Shown piece by piece: positions 38,228 through 52,505 of a stretch of DNA of 54,998 bases (the first letter of the stretch is position 1; the number at the start of each line of letters is the position of its first letter). The notes beneath the pieces are model-generated. The model ran no database searches, was not told the DNA's origin, and was given only the letters and a program-made list of their open reading frames with translations. The translations under genes and the position numbers were made by a program. The DNA comes from Malacoraja senta (taxonomy: Eukaryota). The stretch lies in contig CM075989.1 in the NCBI GenBank assembly GCA_038087875.1, positions 25,422,001-25,476,998 of the forward strand, in the 5' to 3' direction.

Positions 38228-41200
38228 GAGTCCACCCCTCCAGACGTCCACATGTGTGCCAGGTGCATCGAGATGGGGTTCCTAAGTGACCGTGTTAGGA
38301 ACCTGGAGCAGCAGCTCGATGACTTCTGTCTGATCAGGGAGAGTGAGGAGGTCATAGAAAGGAGTTATAGGAAGGTGGCCACTCCAAGACATCGGGAGGC
38401 AGACAAGTGGGTCACGGTTAGGAAGGGCAAGGGGCAGAGGCAGGGACTAGTGAGTACCCCGGTGGCTGTACACCTTGAAAATAAGTACTCCTGTTTGAGT
38501 ACTGTTGGGGGGACAGCCTTCCTGGGGGTAGCAACAGCGGCCGGGCCTCCGGCACAGAGACCGGCCCTATTGCTCAGAAGGGTAGGGAAAAGAAGAGGAG
38601 GGCAATAGTAATAGGGGGTCGGTTAGGGGGTCGGATAGGCGATTCTGTGGACGCAGTCAGGAGACCCGGATGGTAGTTTGCCTCCCTGGTGCCAGGGTCA
38701 GGGATGTGTCTGAACGCGTCCAAGATATCCTGAAATCGGAGGGAGAGGAGCCTGAGGTTGTGGTACATATAGGTACCAATGACATAGGCAGAAAAAGAGA
38801 AGAGGTTCTGAAAGGAGAATTTAGGGAGTTGTGAGGAGAGTTAAGGAGAAGGACCGCAAAGGTAACAATCTCAGGATTACTACCTGTGCCACGCGACAGT
38901 GAGAGTAGGAATGGAATGAGGTGGAGGATAAATGCGTGGCTGAGGAACTGGTGCAGCGGGCAGGGATTCAAATTTCTGGATCATTGGGACCTCTTTTGGG
39001 GAAGGTGTGACCTGTACAGAAAGGACGGGTTGCACTTGAACCCGAGGGGGACCAATATCCTGGCGGGGAGATTTGCAAAGGCTACTGGGGAGACTTTAAA
39101 CTAGAACGGTTGGGGGGAGGGACTCAAATAGAGAAAGCTAGTAGAAAATGGGAGGCAGGAGGCAGAGAAGGGAAGCACTTGGACCCAAAATGTAGGGGAG
39201 AAAGAAGAAAAAGATAATAAACAGAGAATAAGTGGTGGTGGGTTTCTTAAATGTGTATATTTTAATGCTAGGAGCATTGTAAGAAAGGTGGATGAGCTTA
39301 GAGTCTGGATTGACACCTGGAAGTATGATGTTGTGGCGATCAGTGAAACATGGTTGCAGGAGGGCTGTGAATGGAAACTAAATATTCCAGGATTTCGTTG
39401 CTTCAGGGGTGATAGAATTGGAGGGGCAAGAGGTGGGGGTGTTGCATTGCTTGTCAAGGAAGATATTACAGCAGTGCTTTGGCAGGATAGATTAGAGGGC
39501 TCGTCTAGGGAGGCTATTCTGGTGGAACTGAGAAATGGGAAAGGTGTAGCAACACTTATAGGGGTGTATTATGGACCGCCAAATGGGGAGCGAGAATTGG
39601 AAGAGCAAATATGTAAGGAAATAGCAGATATTAGTAGTAAGCACAAGGTAGTGATTGTGGGAGATTTCAATTTTCCACACATAGACTGGGAAACACATTC
39701 TGTAAAAGGGCTGGATGGTTTGGAGTTTGTAAAATGTGTGCAGGATAGTTTTTTGCAGCAATACATAGAGGTGCCTACTAGAGAAGGGGCAGTGCTGGAC
39801 CTCATGTTAGGAAATGAGACGGCAGGTGGCGGAGGTATGCGTTGGGGAGCACTTCGGGTCCAGTGATCACAATACCATTAGTTTCAATATAATTATGGAG
39901 AGGGTCAGAACTGGACCTAGGGTTGAGATTTTTGATTGGAGAAAGGCTAACTTTGAGGAGATGCGAAAGGATTTAAAAGGAGTGAATTGGGACATGTTGT
40001 TTTATGGGAAGGATGTAGAAGAGAAATGGAGGACATTTAAAGGTGACATTTTAAGAGTACAGAATCTTTATGTCCCTGTTCGGTTGAAAGGAAATAGTAA
40101 AAATTGGAAAGAGCCATGGTTTTCACGGGAAATTGGACACTTGGTTCGGAAAAAGAGAGAGATCTATAATCATTATAGGCAGCATGGAGTAAATGAGGTG
40201 CTTGAGGAGTATAAAGAATGTAAAAAGAATATTAAGAAAGAAATTAGAAAAGCTAAAAGAAGATATGAGGTTGCTTTGGCAAGTAAGGTGAAAGTAAATC
40301 CAAAGAGTTTCTACAGCTATATTAATAGCAAAAGGACAACAAGGAATAAAATTGGTCCATTAGAGAGTCAGAGTGGACAGCTATATGCAGAGCCAAAAGA
40401 GATGGGGGAGATATTGAACAATTTATTTTCTTCGGTATTCACCAAGGAGAAGGATATGGAATTATGTGAGGCAAGGGAAACAAGCAGAGTAGCAGTGGAA
40501 ACTATGAGATTCAAAGAAGAGGAGGTGCAGACACTTTTGAAAAATATGAAAACGGATAAGTCTCCAGGTCCTGACAGGATATTCCCTAGGACATTGAGGG
40601 AAGTTAGTGTAGAAATAGCAGGGGCTTTGACAGAAATATTTCAAATGTCATTAGAAACGGGAATAGTGCCGGAGGATTGACGTACTGCGCATGTTGTTCC
40701 GTTGTTTAAAAAGGGTTCTAAGAGTAAACCTAGCAATTATAGACCTGTTAGTTTGACGTCAGTGGTGGGCAAATTAATGGAAAGGATACTTAGAGATAAT
40801 ATATATAAGCATCTGGATAAGCAGGGTCTGATTAGGAACAGTCAACATGGATTTGTGCCTGGAAGGTCATGTTTGACTAATCTTCTTGAATTTTTCGAAG
40901 AGGTTATTAGATAAATTGATGAGGGTAAAGCAGTGGATGTTGTCTATATGGACTTCAGTAAGGCCTTTGACAAGGTTCCTCATGGAAGGTTGGTTAAGAA
41001 GATTCAATTGTTGGGTATTAATGGTGGAGTAGCAAGATGGATTCAAAAGTGGCTGAATGGGAGATGCCAGAGAGTAATGGTGGATGGCTGTTTGTCAGGT
41101 TGGAGGCCGGTGACTGGTGGGGTGCCTCAGGGGTCTGTGTTGGGTCCACTGTTGTTTGTCATGTACATCAATGATCTGGATGATGGTGTGGAAAATTGGA

Positions 41201-42138
41201 TTAGTAAGTATGCAGATAATACTAAGATATGTGGTGGTGTGGATAATGAAGTAGAGTTTCAAAGCCTACAGAGAGATTTAGGCCATTTGGAAGAGTGGGC
41301 TGAAAGATGGCAAATGGAGTTTAATGCTGATAAATGTGAGGTGCTACATCTCGGCAGGACAAATCAAAATAGGACGTACATGGTTAATGGTAGCGAATTG
41401 AGGAATGCAGTTGAACAGAGGGATCTAGGAATAACTGTGCATAGTTCCCTGAAGGTGGAATCTCATGTAGATAGGGTGGTAAAGAAAGCTTTTGGTGTGC
41501 TGGCCTTTATAAATCAGAGCATTGAATATAGAAGTTGGGATGTAATGTTAAAATTGTACAAGGCATTGGTGAGGCCAATTCTGGAGTATGGAGTACAATT
41601 TTGGTCGCCTAATTATAGGAAGGATGTCAACAAAATAGAGAGAGTACAGAGGAGATTTACTAGAATGTTGCCTGGGTTTCAGCAACTAAGTTACAGAGAA
41701 AGGTTGAACAAGTTAGGTCTTTATTCTTTGGAGCGCAGAAGGTTAAGAGGGGACTTGATAGAGGTCTTTAAAATTATGAGCGGGTTAGACAGAGTTGACG
41801 TGGATAAGCTTTTCCCATTGAGAGTAGGGAAGATTCAAACAAGGGGACATGACTTGAGAATTAAGGGACAGAAGTTTAGGGGTAACATTAGGGGGAACTT
41901 CTTTACTCGTAGCTGTGTGGAATGAGCTTCCAGTGGAAGTGGTGGAGGCAGGTTCAATTTTATCCTTTAAAAATAGATTGGATGTGTATATGGACGGGAA
42001 AGGAATGGAGGGTTATGGTCTGAGTGCAGGTAGATGGGACTAGGGGGAAGTAATTAAATAATAATAAAAAATTGTTCGGCACGGACTTGAAGGGGCGAGA
42101 TGGCCTGTTTCCGTGCTGTAATGGTTATATGGTTATAT
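38228..42138 (+). mobile_element. Nearly full-length CR1 (most of ORF1 plus ORF2 EN-RT), inactivated
   Basis: ORF1 CARC/esterase HIGTNDIG; ORF2 YFNARSI, ISETWL, GDFNFP, SDH, KSPGPD, QHGF, DFSKAFDKVP; catalytic YADD changed to YADN, stops near 40680 and 40914, frameshift near 39815; (ATGGTTAT) tail. Confidence 0.95.
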
Positions 42139-42759
42139 AGGAGGCTGGAAAGTTGCAAATATTCAAGAAGGGAGCAAAGCAGAAGAGTGGAAACTGTAGA
42201 CCGGTTAGCCTGACTTCAGTGGTTGGTAAGATTTTAGAGTCCATTATAAAGGATGAGGTTTCTGAGCACTTAAAAGCAAATCTTAAAGTAAGGCAAAGTC
42301 AACATGGATTTGTGAAAGGGAGATCTTGTCTGACAAATCTGTTAGATTTCTTTGAGAAAGTAAATAACAGGATAAACAAAGGAGAGTCAGTGGATGTTGT
42401 TTACCTGGATTTTCAGAAGGCCTTTGATAAGGTGCTGTACGTGAGGCTGCTAAAGAAGATGAGAGCCCATGGTATCAGAGAAGATATTAGCATGGATAGC
42501 AAGTTGGCTGAATGGCAAACCACTTATTTCCATTTCACTTTCCTCCTACTATTCCAGTACCTTGGTTGCCAGTTTTTCTTTGATATCTTTCTTTAGTACC
42601 CAGTTTTGAAGAGCTTCCCTGGACTACAAGAGTCAGTAGGATGTGGTAACACAAAGGGAGGTAGCAATCACAGTGATTCCTTACCACACCCAAGGACGTC
42701 AGTTGTACTTTCCAGCAAGATTACTAATCAGCGGTCCAGGCGGAATCAAGCAACAATAC

Positions 42760-43130
42760 CGTGTCACATAGAGTCAAAGAGTCATACAGCAAGGAAAATT
42801 TGCCCATGCCGACCAACATGCCCCATCTATACGAATCCCACCTGCCCGCATTTGGCCCATATCCCTCTAAACCTTTCCCTTCCATGTACCTATCTAAATG
42901 TTTCTTAAACGTTGCGATCGCACCTTCCTCAACTACCTCCTCCACAGCTCGTTCCATATATCCACCATCCTTTGTCTAAAAAAAGTTACCCCTCAGGTTC
43001 CTATTAAATCTTTCTCCTCTCACCTTAAACCCATGTCCTCTGGTTCTCGATTCCCCTACTCTGGGTAAAAGATTCCGTGCATTTACCCTATCTATTCCTC
43101 TCATGATCTTGCACACCTCTCCAAGATCTG
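42760..43130 (-). mobile_element. CR1 3' end fragment
   Basis: FKKHLDRYMEGKGLEGYGPNAGRWD plus tail. Confidence 0.8.
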
Positions 43131-43249
43131 TATGTCTAACTCAGCGCTGACTCCTGCTTGGGCCAAGACATTTATAGCATAGGTATATACTGTGCACTTT
43201 ACATTGGAAATAATCTCACAAATGGTAGTAATTACTTCTCTTCACAGGT

Positions 43250-43890
43250 TTTTATAGAGTCAGTATCATACACCGTGGAAACATGCCCTTTGACCCAACT
43301 TGCCCACACTGACAAACATATCCCGTCTACACTAGTCCCACCTGCCTGAAGGTCTTGCAAACCCCCTTTTGGTGAGAGAATTAAACAAAAATCACAGCCA
43401 TTTGAGTGAAGAAATTTCTCCTTAACCTTTCCTATCCATGTACCTGTCTAATTGTTTCTTAAACATTGCAATAGTCCCTGCCGCAACTACCACCTCTGGC
43501 AACTCATTCCATACACTCATCACCCTTTGTATGAAAAAGTTACCCCTCAGATTCTTATTAAATATTTTCCCCTTCATCTTAAACCTATGTCCTCTGGTTC
43601 TCAATTCCCCTAATCTGGGCAAGAGACTCTGCGTCTACCCGATATATTCCTCTCATGATGTTATACACCTCGAGAAGATCACCCCTCATCCTTCTGTGTT
43701 ACAAGGAATAGAGTCCCAGCCTACTCAACCTCTCCCCATAGCTCAGACCTTCGAGTCCTGGCAACATCCTCGTAAATCTTCTCTGTACCCTTTCCAACTT
43801 GACAACATCTTTCCTATAACGTGGTACCCAGAACTGAATGCCATAATCTAAATGCGGCCTCACCAATGTCTTATATAGCTGCAACATTAA
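43250..43890 (-). mobile_element. CR1 3' fragment
   Basis: LVRPHLDY..ERVQRRFTRMLPG..WNELP. Confidence 0.82.
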
Positions 43891-43972
43891 ATCTGTGCAC
43901 ACTCATAGGGTGTGAGTGTTGTAGAGTCCGAGAGAGATACAGCACAGAAACAGATCCTTTGGTCCACTAAGT

Positions 43973-44539
43973 CATAGAAACATAGAAAATAGGTGCAGGA
44001 GTAGGCCATTCGGCCCTTCGAGCCTGCACCGCCATTCAATATGATCATGGCTGATCATCCAACTCAGTATCCTGTACCTGCTTTCTCTCCATACCCCCTG
44101 ATCCCTTTAGCCACAAGGGCCACATCTAACTACCTCTTAAATATAGCCAATGAACTGGCCTCAACTACCTTCTGTGGCAGAGAATTCCAGAGATTCACCT
44201 CTCTCTGTGTGAAAAATGTTTTCCTCATCTCGGTCCTAAAAGATTTCCCCCTTATCCTTGAACTGTGACCCCTTGTTCTGGACTTCCCCAACATCGGGAA
44301 CAATCTTCCTGCATCTAGCCTGTCCAACCCCTTAAGAATTTTGTACGTTTCTATAAGATCCCCCCTCAATCTTCTAAATTCTAGCGAGTACAAACCGAGT
44401 CTATCCAGTCTTTCTTCAAATGAAAGTCCTGACATCCCAGGAATCAGTCTGGTGAACCTTCTCTGTACTCCCTCTATGGCAAGAATGTATTTCCTCAGAT
44501 TAGGAGACCAAAACTGTACGCAATACTCCAGGTGTGGTC
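43973..44539 (-). mobile_element. Young short CR1 3' fragment
   Basis: Near-identical to 6209-6780. Confidence 0.92.
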
Positions 44540-44965
44540 CATGTCAACCGCCCTGTTTTGCTGGCAAGGCGAACATTTATTGCTTAACCTTAATTTTCTT
44601 TGAAATAAGTGACTTACCAGATCATTTTGACATTAAGCCATGTTTAAATTATGTCACAGCTGAACCAAGTAAGAGCATCAGAAGGATTTTAACGAATCGG
44701 CTAGTTTTTTTTATGAGAATCCAGTGATTTTACAATCACCTTTATGGGAAACCTGGTTTTCACTTCACATTTTATTCCTTGAACTTTCAATCACTAGCTA
44801 TGCTAGTGGGATCTGCCTCCGAACCGACGGTCCAAATCTCACCAAATTGGTCTACTAACTTAATCATGGCGCTGCCAGAAGCCAGCAATGTTGAATAACT
44901 TAATAGATAGATGTACAATTATTCCTATACTTATATTATATCCCCCATTGTGTGTTTTTGAACAG

Positions 44966-45073
44966 TACAAGAAGTTTTTCAGCGACAGCCACACCAAGTT
45001 GACCATCTATCAACGCTTTGCTGCTGGATCTCTTGCAGGTGTCACTGCTCAGACCATTGTCTACCCAATGGAG
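44966..45073 (+). CDS. SCaMC-like carrier exon (equivalent to exon 7)
   Basis: CAG acceptor, GTAAC donor; 108 nt; [36 protein letters not shown]. Confidence 0.96.
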
Positions 45074-45194
45074 GTAACATCCATGCTAAAGAAGGGCTTC
45101 TGAAGTTCAGGCAATTGTTGATGGATGTGTTGGTCAATCCAGTATCAACAAAGTTGGAATTGCTCACAAAAACCTCTTTCAGAGAGAAATGTAA

Positions 45195-45485
45195 TTTAGT
45201 TATAGTTTAGTCACACAGCATAGAAGCAGGCCCTTTGGCCCACCAAGTCCACGCCAACCATCAATCACCCATTCACACTAGTTCTATGTTATCCCATTTT
45301 ACAGAAACCAATGAACCTACCACCCACACATCTTTGGGATGTGGGAGGAAACTGGAGCATCCGGAGAAAACCCATATGGTCACAGGGAGAACGTACAAAC
45401 TCCCCACAGATAGCATCCGATGTCAGGATTGAACCCAGGTCTCTGGCACAGTGAAGCAGCAGCTCTACCAACTGCGCCACTGTCG
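45195..45485 (-). mobile_element. HE1/V-SINE-like SINE
   Basis: Minus strand ACAGTGGCGCAGTTGGTAGAGC A box, GGTTCAATCC B box, V-core and CR1-like tail. Confidence 0.85.
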
Positions 45486-47864
45486 TCCTGTAGTAACGAG
45501 CAACGAATCTGAGGTTAAATACAGTACAAAAACAGACCCTTTGACCCAATGTCCGTGCCAACCAAGGTACTTTTCTAAGCAAGTCCCATTTGCCTGTGTT
45601 TGGCCCAAATATCTCAAAACATTTCCTATACATATTCCTGTCCAAATGTCTTTAAACTTTTTTAATTGTATCTGCCTCTATCACTTTATCTGGCAGCATG
45701 TTTCACAAGCTCACCACCCTCTGAGTGAAGGACCCGACCCATAAGATCCTCTTTAAATCTTTCCCTTTTAACCTGAAACCTCTGCACTCCACCTGAGAAG
45801 ACAAATGGTTTGTTTGTTCTGAAAGGCGGCATTTCCAGCAGTGCAGCATGCCTTCAGCACGACACTGACTTATCAGCTCAATGTCTGTGCGATAGGAAGT
45901 CAATCCATAAAATTTCCTGGAAGAATGGAAGATAAAATGGAAAAACAGTTCATTTTTAAATGATGAGATAGTTATAAATGTTGATATCTTGAGTAGTGAG
46001 TTAAGTGGATTAGAATTCAAATGCAGATGGTATTAGAAAGGTAAACAATTACTGAGAGTTGCAGCACAGAAATATTGGTCATGGTTTATTATCATCTTAA
46101 CTAGGGTACAGTGAAACTGTGCAGGTAGATCGTACCATACACGAGTACAATGGTAGTGAAAAAAAATAAATTACAGCTGCAGAGAGAGTGCAGATGGGCT
46201 TACACTATTATATTTTGGTAAAGTTAGATCTTATTGAAATATATTGCAACGTTTAAGAAACATTTAGACAGGTACATGGATAGGATAGTTTGAGATGAAT
46301 CTGGGCCAAATGCAGGCAGGTGGGACTAGTGTAGATGTGGCTTGTTGGTTGGTGTGTTTTCACACATTATGAATATCTCTTTACAGAGGTCCAAATTTTC
46401 CAAAATTATAGTGCTCAAATTTGATATAGCCTGTACACCAAATACAAATGTAATAAAAAATAAACATGTTATACAGTACCAAATTTCAATCAGATTACAA
46501 TACATCTGAAACACAAAAACGAATTTTGAAGTTGTTACATGAAGGAAGGACCATCCTCCAATATTTATTTTGGGAGCCTACAGAGTTTGTCGTGCTGTTG
46601 GCCATGAAAAGCTCATTTAACCATCACATTTCCTCAAGGTTTTTGGAGTATGTTGTTTGCGAGCACTTGAAGTTTTTGTTGGATCAGATTTCTGAGAATT
46701 CTGTGGCGATGTCTGCAAAGCAGCATTGCTGTTAAAGGTCAGCGAGCTGACAGAAACCTTTGTGTCGTTGTGAGTAACAGCACATGTATGTACTGTAAGT
46801 GAACATGTATTTGAATGCAGCCAGCCTGCTGCTCTTCTCACAACATAATGACTGTAAATTGACATCTGTTGTCATTCTAATAATATAAACGCTGGCCTAC
46901 AGATCCTAAGAGGACAGCAGAACTGGAAGCTGGCTCTTGACCAATCTAGAACTCAAGGATTGAACATCAGGATTAAGGAGAAATCTCTTCACTCAAGTGG
47001 CTTTGAATTTTTTTTAAATTCTCTTGCCTAAAGGGAGTGTGCAAGACCATTGGCATGTGGGGATCAGGCAGGAAAGAGGATGAGTAGGGTGATCAGATAC
47101 AGTTCTGTAAGCTGTTGCAAGTAAGAATGTCATTGATTTGTGGTCTGTATATTTGATAATTAAACACAACTCTATTTCAAATTAGTTCCATGGCTTCATG
47201 ACATTTTCTCACAACTATTTCTTATTTTCTATGGCAATGGCATTCTTGCGATTCCCAAGACTTGACATAAAGAACCAATCCCCTGAAGGCTTTAATAAAT
47301 TAACAGAACATATTTGATTTAATACTTCAGATCGCCATGGCTTCTGTATGCTTTTTAACAGTTTTGATGTGGTTCAGAGAAGCTCACTATTCCTCAGAGT
47401 TTTGTGTCCTCCACAAACGTTGTGTTTGGCCTTTTGCACCTAATCCAGGTGAATAAATATCACAAAAAGCAGCTGCTAATGCTTTGCTTCTACTGATTTT
47501 CTTGCACTGGCTGGGAGTTTTGCAGCCATTGGCCACTGAATCCAGACCTCTGATGTTGTTCTAGAGAGTGTGGATAGGTGACGTTTTGGATCAGGACTTT
47601 CATCAGACTCAGTTGTTTCTCTTTAATACTGTTGACTTGTCTGATATAATATTTTATTAAAGGCCTATCCGAAACCCACATTAGCAAATGTAATTGCGGC
47701 AATCACCTGCATTTTGTTTGGCTTTCTTTTTTGGGAAACTCAAATCACTGCAGGATCATTACAGAAAAAAAAGATTGCTTTTGAAATATTACTGTTTAAA
47801 AATCCTCTTCATCCAGAATCATTACTGAGATCATGAGTTTAATGAATATTTCTTCATGGTTTAG

Positions 47865-48149
<285 letters not shown>

Positions 48150-48301
48150 TGATGATATTATAGAAACATACATGTCTTGAGATGGACCATTGGGGGTATT
48201 TAAAAAGGAAGAAGATACATTTTAGAAAGATCAGGGAAGAGAGCATTGCAGTTCTGGCAGCAGAAGAGATGAGGCCTCTGGGACAGATCATTTTGATTGG
48301 C

Positions 48302-48468
48302 AGACAATAGACAATAGGTGCAGGAGTAGGCCATTCGGCCCTTCGAGCCAGCACCACCATTCAATGTGATCATGGCTGATCATCCCCAATCAGTACCCCG
48401 TTCCTGCCTTCTCCCCATATCCCTGACTCCGCTATTTTTAAGAGCCCTATCTAGCTCTCTCTTGAAAG
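48302..48468 (-). mobile_element. Short CR1 3' tail copy
   Basis: (AGACAAT)2 AGGTGCAGGAGTAGGCCATTCGGCCC 3'UTR. Confidence 0.85.
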
Positions 48469-48985
48469 CTTTGTTTTGTATATGATACAAACAGATCAGA
48501 TCACACTATAAAAAAAAATACAACCAAACTCAAGTAGAATAGATAGAGCGACTGGGGAAGATACAGGGTGCAGAATATCAGTTCCATCAAAGTCCAAAGT
48601 CTGCGATGTAGTTGAGGTGAATCGGGCAGTACCCTACCTTATTGAAGGAATGTTCAGAAGTCTGATGATGAGGGGAAGAAGCTGTTCCTGAGTGTGGTAG
48701 TTCCTGAGTGTGTGTTCCTGAGTGTGCTTTTAAGCTTCTGTATCTTCTGCCAGATGGGAGCAGGGAGGAGGAGGAATGACCCGGGTGAGACAGGTCTTGG
48801 GCAATATCATTATCTCACATACCTAACATTCTACTCTCCTAAGCTGCTACTGAAAGCCATTTGGCCCATTCTCACAGACCATGCATCACTAATGGACTGA
48901 CATGTTTGTTTTGAGTTGTCTCCACTTTCTATCCTGTTATGCATATTACTCATTGTTTGTGTATTTTCTTCTCATTTGATTACAG

Positions 48986-49136
48986 AGTTCAAAGAAAGCC
49001 TATTGCCAGAAATATGGGCAAAGCCCAAATGACCCTGGTATGTTCATCCATCTTGGCTGCGGCACCATCTCCAGCACCTGTGGACTGCTGGGCAGCTATC
49101 CCCTGGCACTCCTCAGGACCAAGATGCAAGCACATG
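48986..49136 (+). CDS. SCaMC-like carrier exon (equivalent to exon 9)
   Basis: CAG acceptor, GTAAGC donor; 151 nt, phase 0/1; SSKKAYCQKYGQSPNDPGMFIHLGCGTISSTCGLLGSYPLALLRTKMQAH. Confidence 0.96.
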
Positions 49137-50423
49137 GTAAGCTCTTTCTCCTCAGTTCAAGATTCCTTCATTAAACACATCAAGTAATGTGGTGATCTGC
49201 TTACCGAACAAACCCACTGGGAATCTGTGTAACTGTGACTGAAGCTAACTTGTCAGTCAGCCTCTAAAGTATACGTTATTGGCAGGAGCAAAGCATTGAG
49301 GAATAGTTTGATGCATTGATCTGGAGGCAGAGGAACCATGGCAGCCATGGGTTACATGAAGTCCCAAGAGGAACTCAGCGGGGCAGGCAATATTTGTGGA
49401 GGGAATGGACAGCTGAATGAGCCTTGAGAACCAGAAACAAGAGTCTGAAAAAGGGTCCCAATCCAAAAGGTCACCTGTCTATTCCCTCAACAGATGCTGC
49501 CTGACCATAAAGTTCCTCCAGCACTGTTTTGCTCAACATATTCCAACATTTCCTTGTGACTTCCTTGATATAGCAGTTTTGTGAAATGTGTGATATCCCA
49601 GATGCCTCTCAGTGGCACAGTGGCACCAGGTGTCAGCATGAAACCATCACTCACCTCATCCAGTGAATTTGCCTGTACTTAAGGCAAGAAACCGAGAGCT
49701 TGGGCTAGGGACTAAGAGACACGGTGATCTCTGTGCTGCTGCTGGTCAGCTCCAAGCGCCATCACAACAGACCGTGCAGTAACAACCTACCTTCCCATTC
49801 CCAATATGGTACAGCCTTTGGCTTAAATCTGATGGCAAACACCAGATACATTTTTCCAAGTTTTGTTAAACACCTTGACCAGAATGGTGTATATTTCCGA
49901 GCAATCCCAGCATCCTGAGTGCACAGAACAGGAAGATCGCCGATTTAACCTTGTGTTCTTACTTTACTGTCTTCCTGTCCAGTCAATCATTTCAGCCCGA
50001 AGGCCCAATATCCCATGAGAATGTCGGGGACAATGATTTGCTTGGGAATCTGGAAGATTGATTGAGAAACATGGAAACCTGACCAGCCAGTGCCAGCTGG
50101 TTGCCTCCTATCAACTTGGTTGGCCCCTTACCAACCTGGTTGCCTCCTTGCCAACCTGTTTGGTTGCCAGTTGCCTCACATCTCGCAGCAGATTGGTCCT
50201 GGATTCCTGAGAGATAATTGATCATTCCCACCTTCAGATGTAAGAGTTTGGGGACCAGGTTTCACATAGAATTACCCACACCCCTTGAATGATTGCCCTA
50301 ATGCCTGGTTACTTTCTGGGTTAAGCTTTTACCTGTCCACACCGAGATCATGCTTTGAAACTGTACTTGCCAATGGGTTAAGTTGTTCCAATGTGTAATG
50401 CACAGGATGTTTTCTTTCTATAG

Positions 50424-50608
50424 CTGTTGTCTCAGACAGGGCACAGGCGAGCATGGTTCAACATATCATCACCATCATGGAAGAGCAAGGCTTGAGAGGG
50501 TTTTATCGAGGATTCACACCCAACTGCATGAAAGTTGTCCCTGCCGTGAGCATCAGCTTCGTTGTCTATGAGCAGATGAGGGATCTTCTTGGTCTCACCT
50601 ACAATTAA
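50424..50608 (+). CDS. SCaMC-like carrier terminal coding exon (equivalent to exon 10)
   Basis: TAG acceptor, phase 1; AVVSDRAQASMVQHIITIMEEQGLRGFYRGFTPNCMKVVPAVSISFVVYEQMRDLLGLTYN*; TAA at 50606-50608. Confidence 0.96.
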
Positions 50609-51423
50609 TCAGCAGAAAATGTCTCAAAATGTAACTAATTCTTCCCATATTTCTCTTCGATCCTGACTTGGAAAATGGGAGAAGAAGTTGAATAATGGAA
50701 GGAAACAAAAGCCATGTTGAGGAGCTGAAAGTTCTACCTCAGTCCAGATTCAGGCAGACAGAAACCACTTCATCAGCTGTCACATTATCTCAGTCTCTAT
50801 ATACCAAAGATCATTCAACCAGTAATCACACCCAGTCTATGCATCAGAGGTCAGCTCAATAGTTAACTCATTAGGACCATCAAAAGACCAGCAAATCTAT
50901 GAGAAAGCAGAGAGCCAACTAAACAGCTGGTCAATTAAAAGTTAGTTATTCACCATTTCATATCGAACTAAACAACCAACAGGACAGCTAACTCATCAAA
51001 GTTTGCCAACCAAACTTCAGCAGGCCTGTTAAGCAGAAATTCAAAAGCCAGCAAACTATCAGGTTGCCAGTTAACCAGGAAATCATTAACAGCAAGCAGT
51101 GAAAGATACCCAGTCCAAAGGTCAAGTTACCAACAGTTTAAGGGTCAGTGAACCAATATGAATATTAGATAACTAAATAACAATCCAACCCAAATTAACT
51201 ATCAGAGAATCAGTTATCTAACTGGATATCAGGTAACCTATCAACATATGGCCAGCTGACCAAATAACATAAAAGATTACCAAGGTAACCAACCAGCTAA
51301 TCAATCAACAGAAGACTAGTTAACTAGTCAATGGAAGATGCAAACCAATTTATGGCCAGCAAATCAACTAGCCAACCAACCATCTAGGTATAGGAAGGTC
51401 AGCTATCCATCAAAATGCCAGGA

Positions 51424-51429
51424 AATAAA
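51424..51429 (+). terminator. Candidate polyadenylation signal
   Basis: First AATAAA I found downstream of the stop codon; no transcript evidence. Confidence 0.3.
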
Positions 51430-52079
51430 CTGGTATAAGGCTCGGAAAGATTCCAGTGTGAGCAAATAACTTAATATATATAACCAACCAATGGAATGTC
51501 AGTCAATCATTAGGAGTCAGATATTAAACAATTTGAATCCCAATAAGCCAACTATCGAGTCTATCAAACCAATAACATGACCATTGCTCCTTAGATAACC
51601 AATTAACCAATTAATGGAAGGCATGCTATCCAACTAACCTAAGGAGAGCCAAAGAAGATTAGCTGAACAACCAAACTAAGGACAGCTAACCTGCCAACAT
51701 AGCAGCAGCTAATCTACAACCAGATGATAACAAACCAACATGTCAGCCAAACCACAATCAGTCGAGCAGCTAATCAAGTTAGAAGGCTCACAAACCAATC
51801 AGTATTACTCCAGCTAAGTAAGGAACATGGCAACAAACCAAGTAGGCATATGAACTAGCCTATCACACTAACAAGCAGGCCAGTTAATAGTCAGGCCAAC
51901 TAATCAACCATCAGAAGACTTGATCATCAGTTGCTAATTGAGGTCAAATTACCCGTCAAAACCTCAATGATCTAACTACCAAAGAATTGGAGGACGAGCG
52001 AAGCAACCATGACAGTAAAATAACCTTGGAGGCTTACATTCACAGATTCTTAAAGACAACAAGACATCTCACTAGTTTA

Positions 52080-52505
52080 CTCTATTTGTTGAGGCATTGA
52101 ATATAAAAGCAGAGAGGTTATATTGGAACTGTATGTGGAAGTCTGACAGTAGCTCGATTAATCATCTGGTCACGTTAAAATATGTGATTTCAATGGAAAC
52201 GGGGATCCTGAGGATGTTGCCAGGACTGGAAAATCGTAGCTGTGAGGAATGATAGGATAAGTGGGGGTTGTTCTCTGGGGAACAGAGGAGGCTGAGGGAA
52301 GGCGAACTGAAGAGAATAAAATGATGAGAGTCTGAAATAAATAGAGAGGACAGGGGTGAAACATTGTGGCATAGATTTGAAGTAATTGGTAAACAGATTA
52401 AAGGAGGTATTGAAGAAAACTTTTTTCAGGCAAGGATGCTGCATCTATAGCTCACTGCTGGAAGGGTGGGAAGGAGAGAGACCCTTGCTGCATTTAAACA
52501 ATATA
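52080..52505 (+). mobile_element. Highly degenerate CR1 3' fragment
   Basis: GIEYKSREVILELY and RMLPGLEN remnants. Confidence 0.7.

Noticed and set aside
38228..42138. Active CR1 master element
   Set aside because: Frameshift, two premature stops, YADD changed to YADN, and the 5' end is missing.
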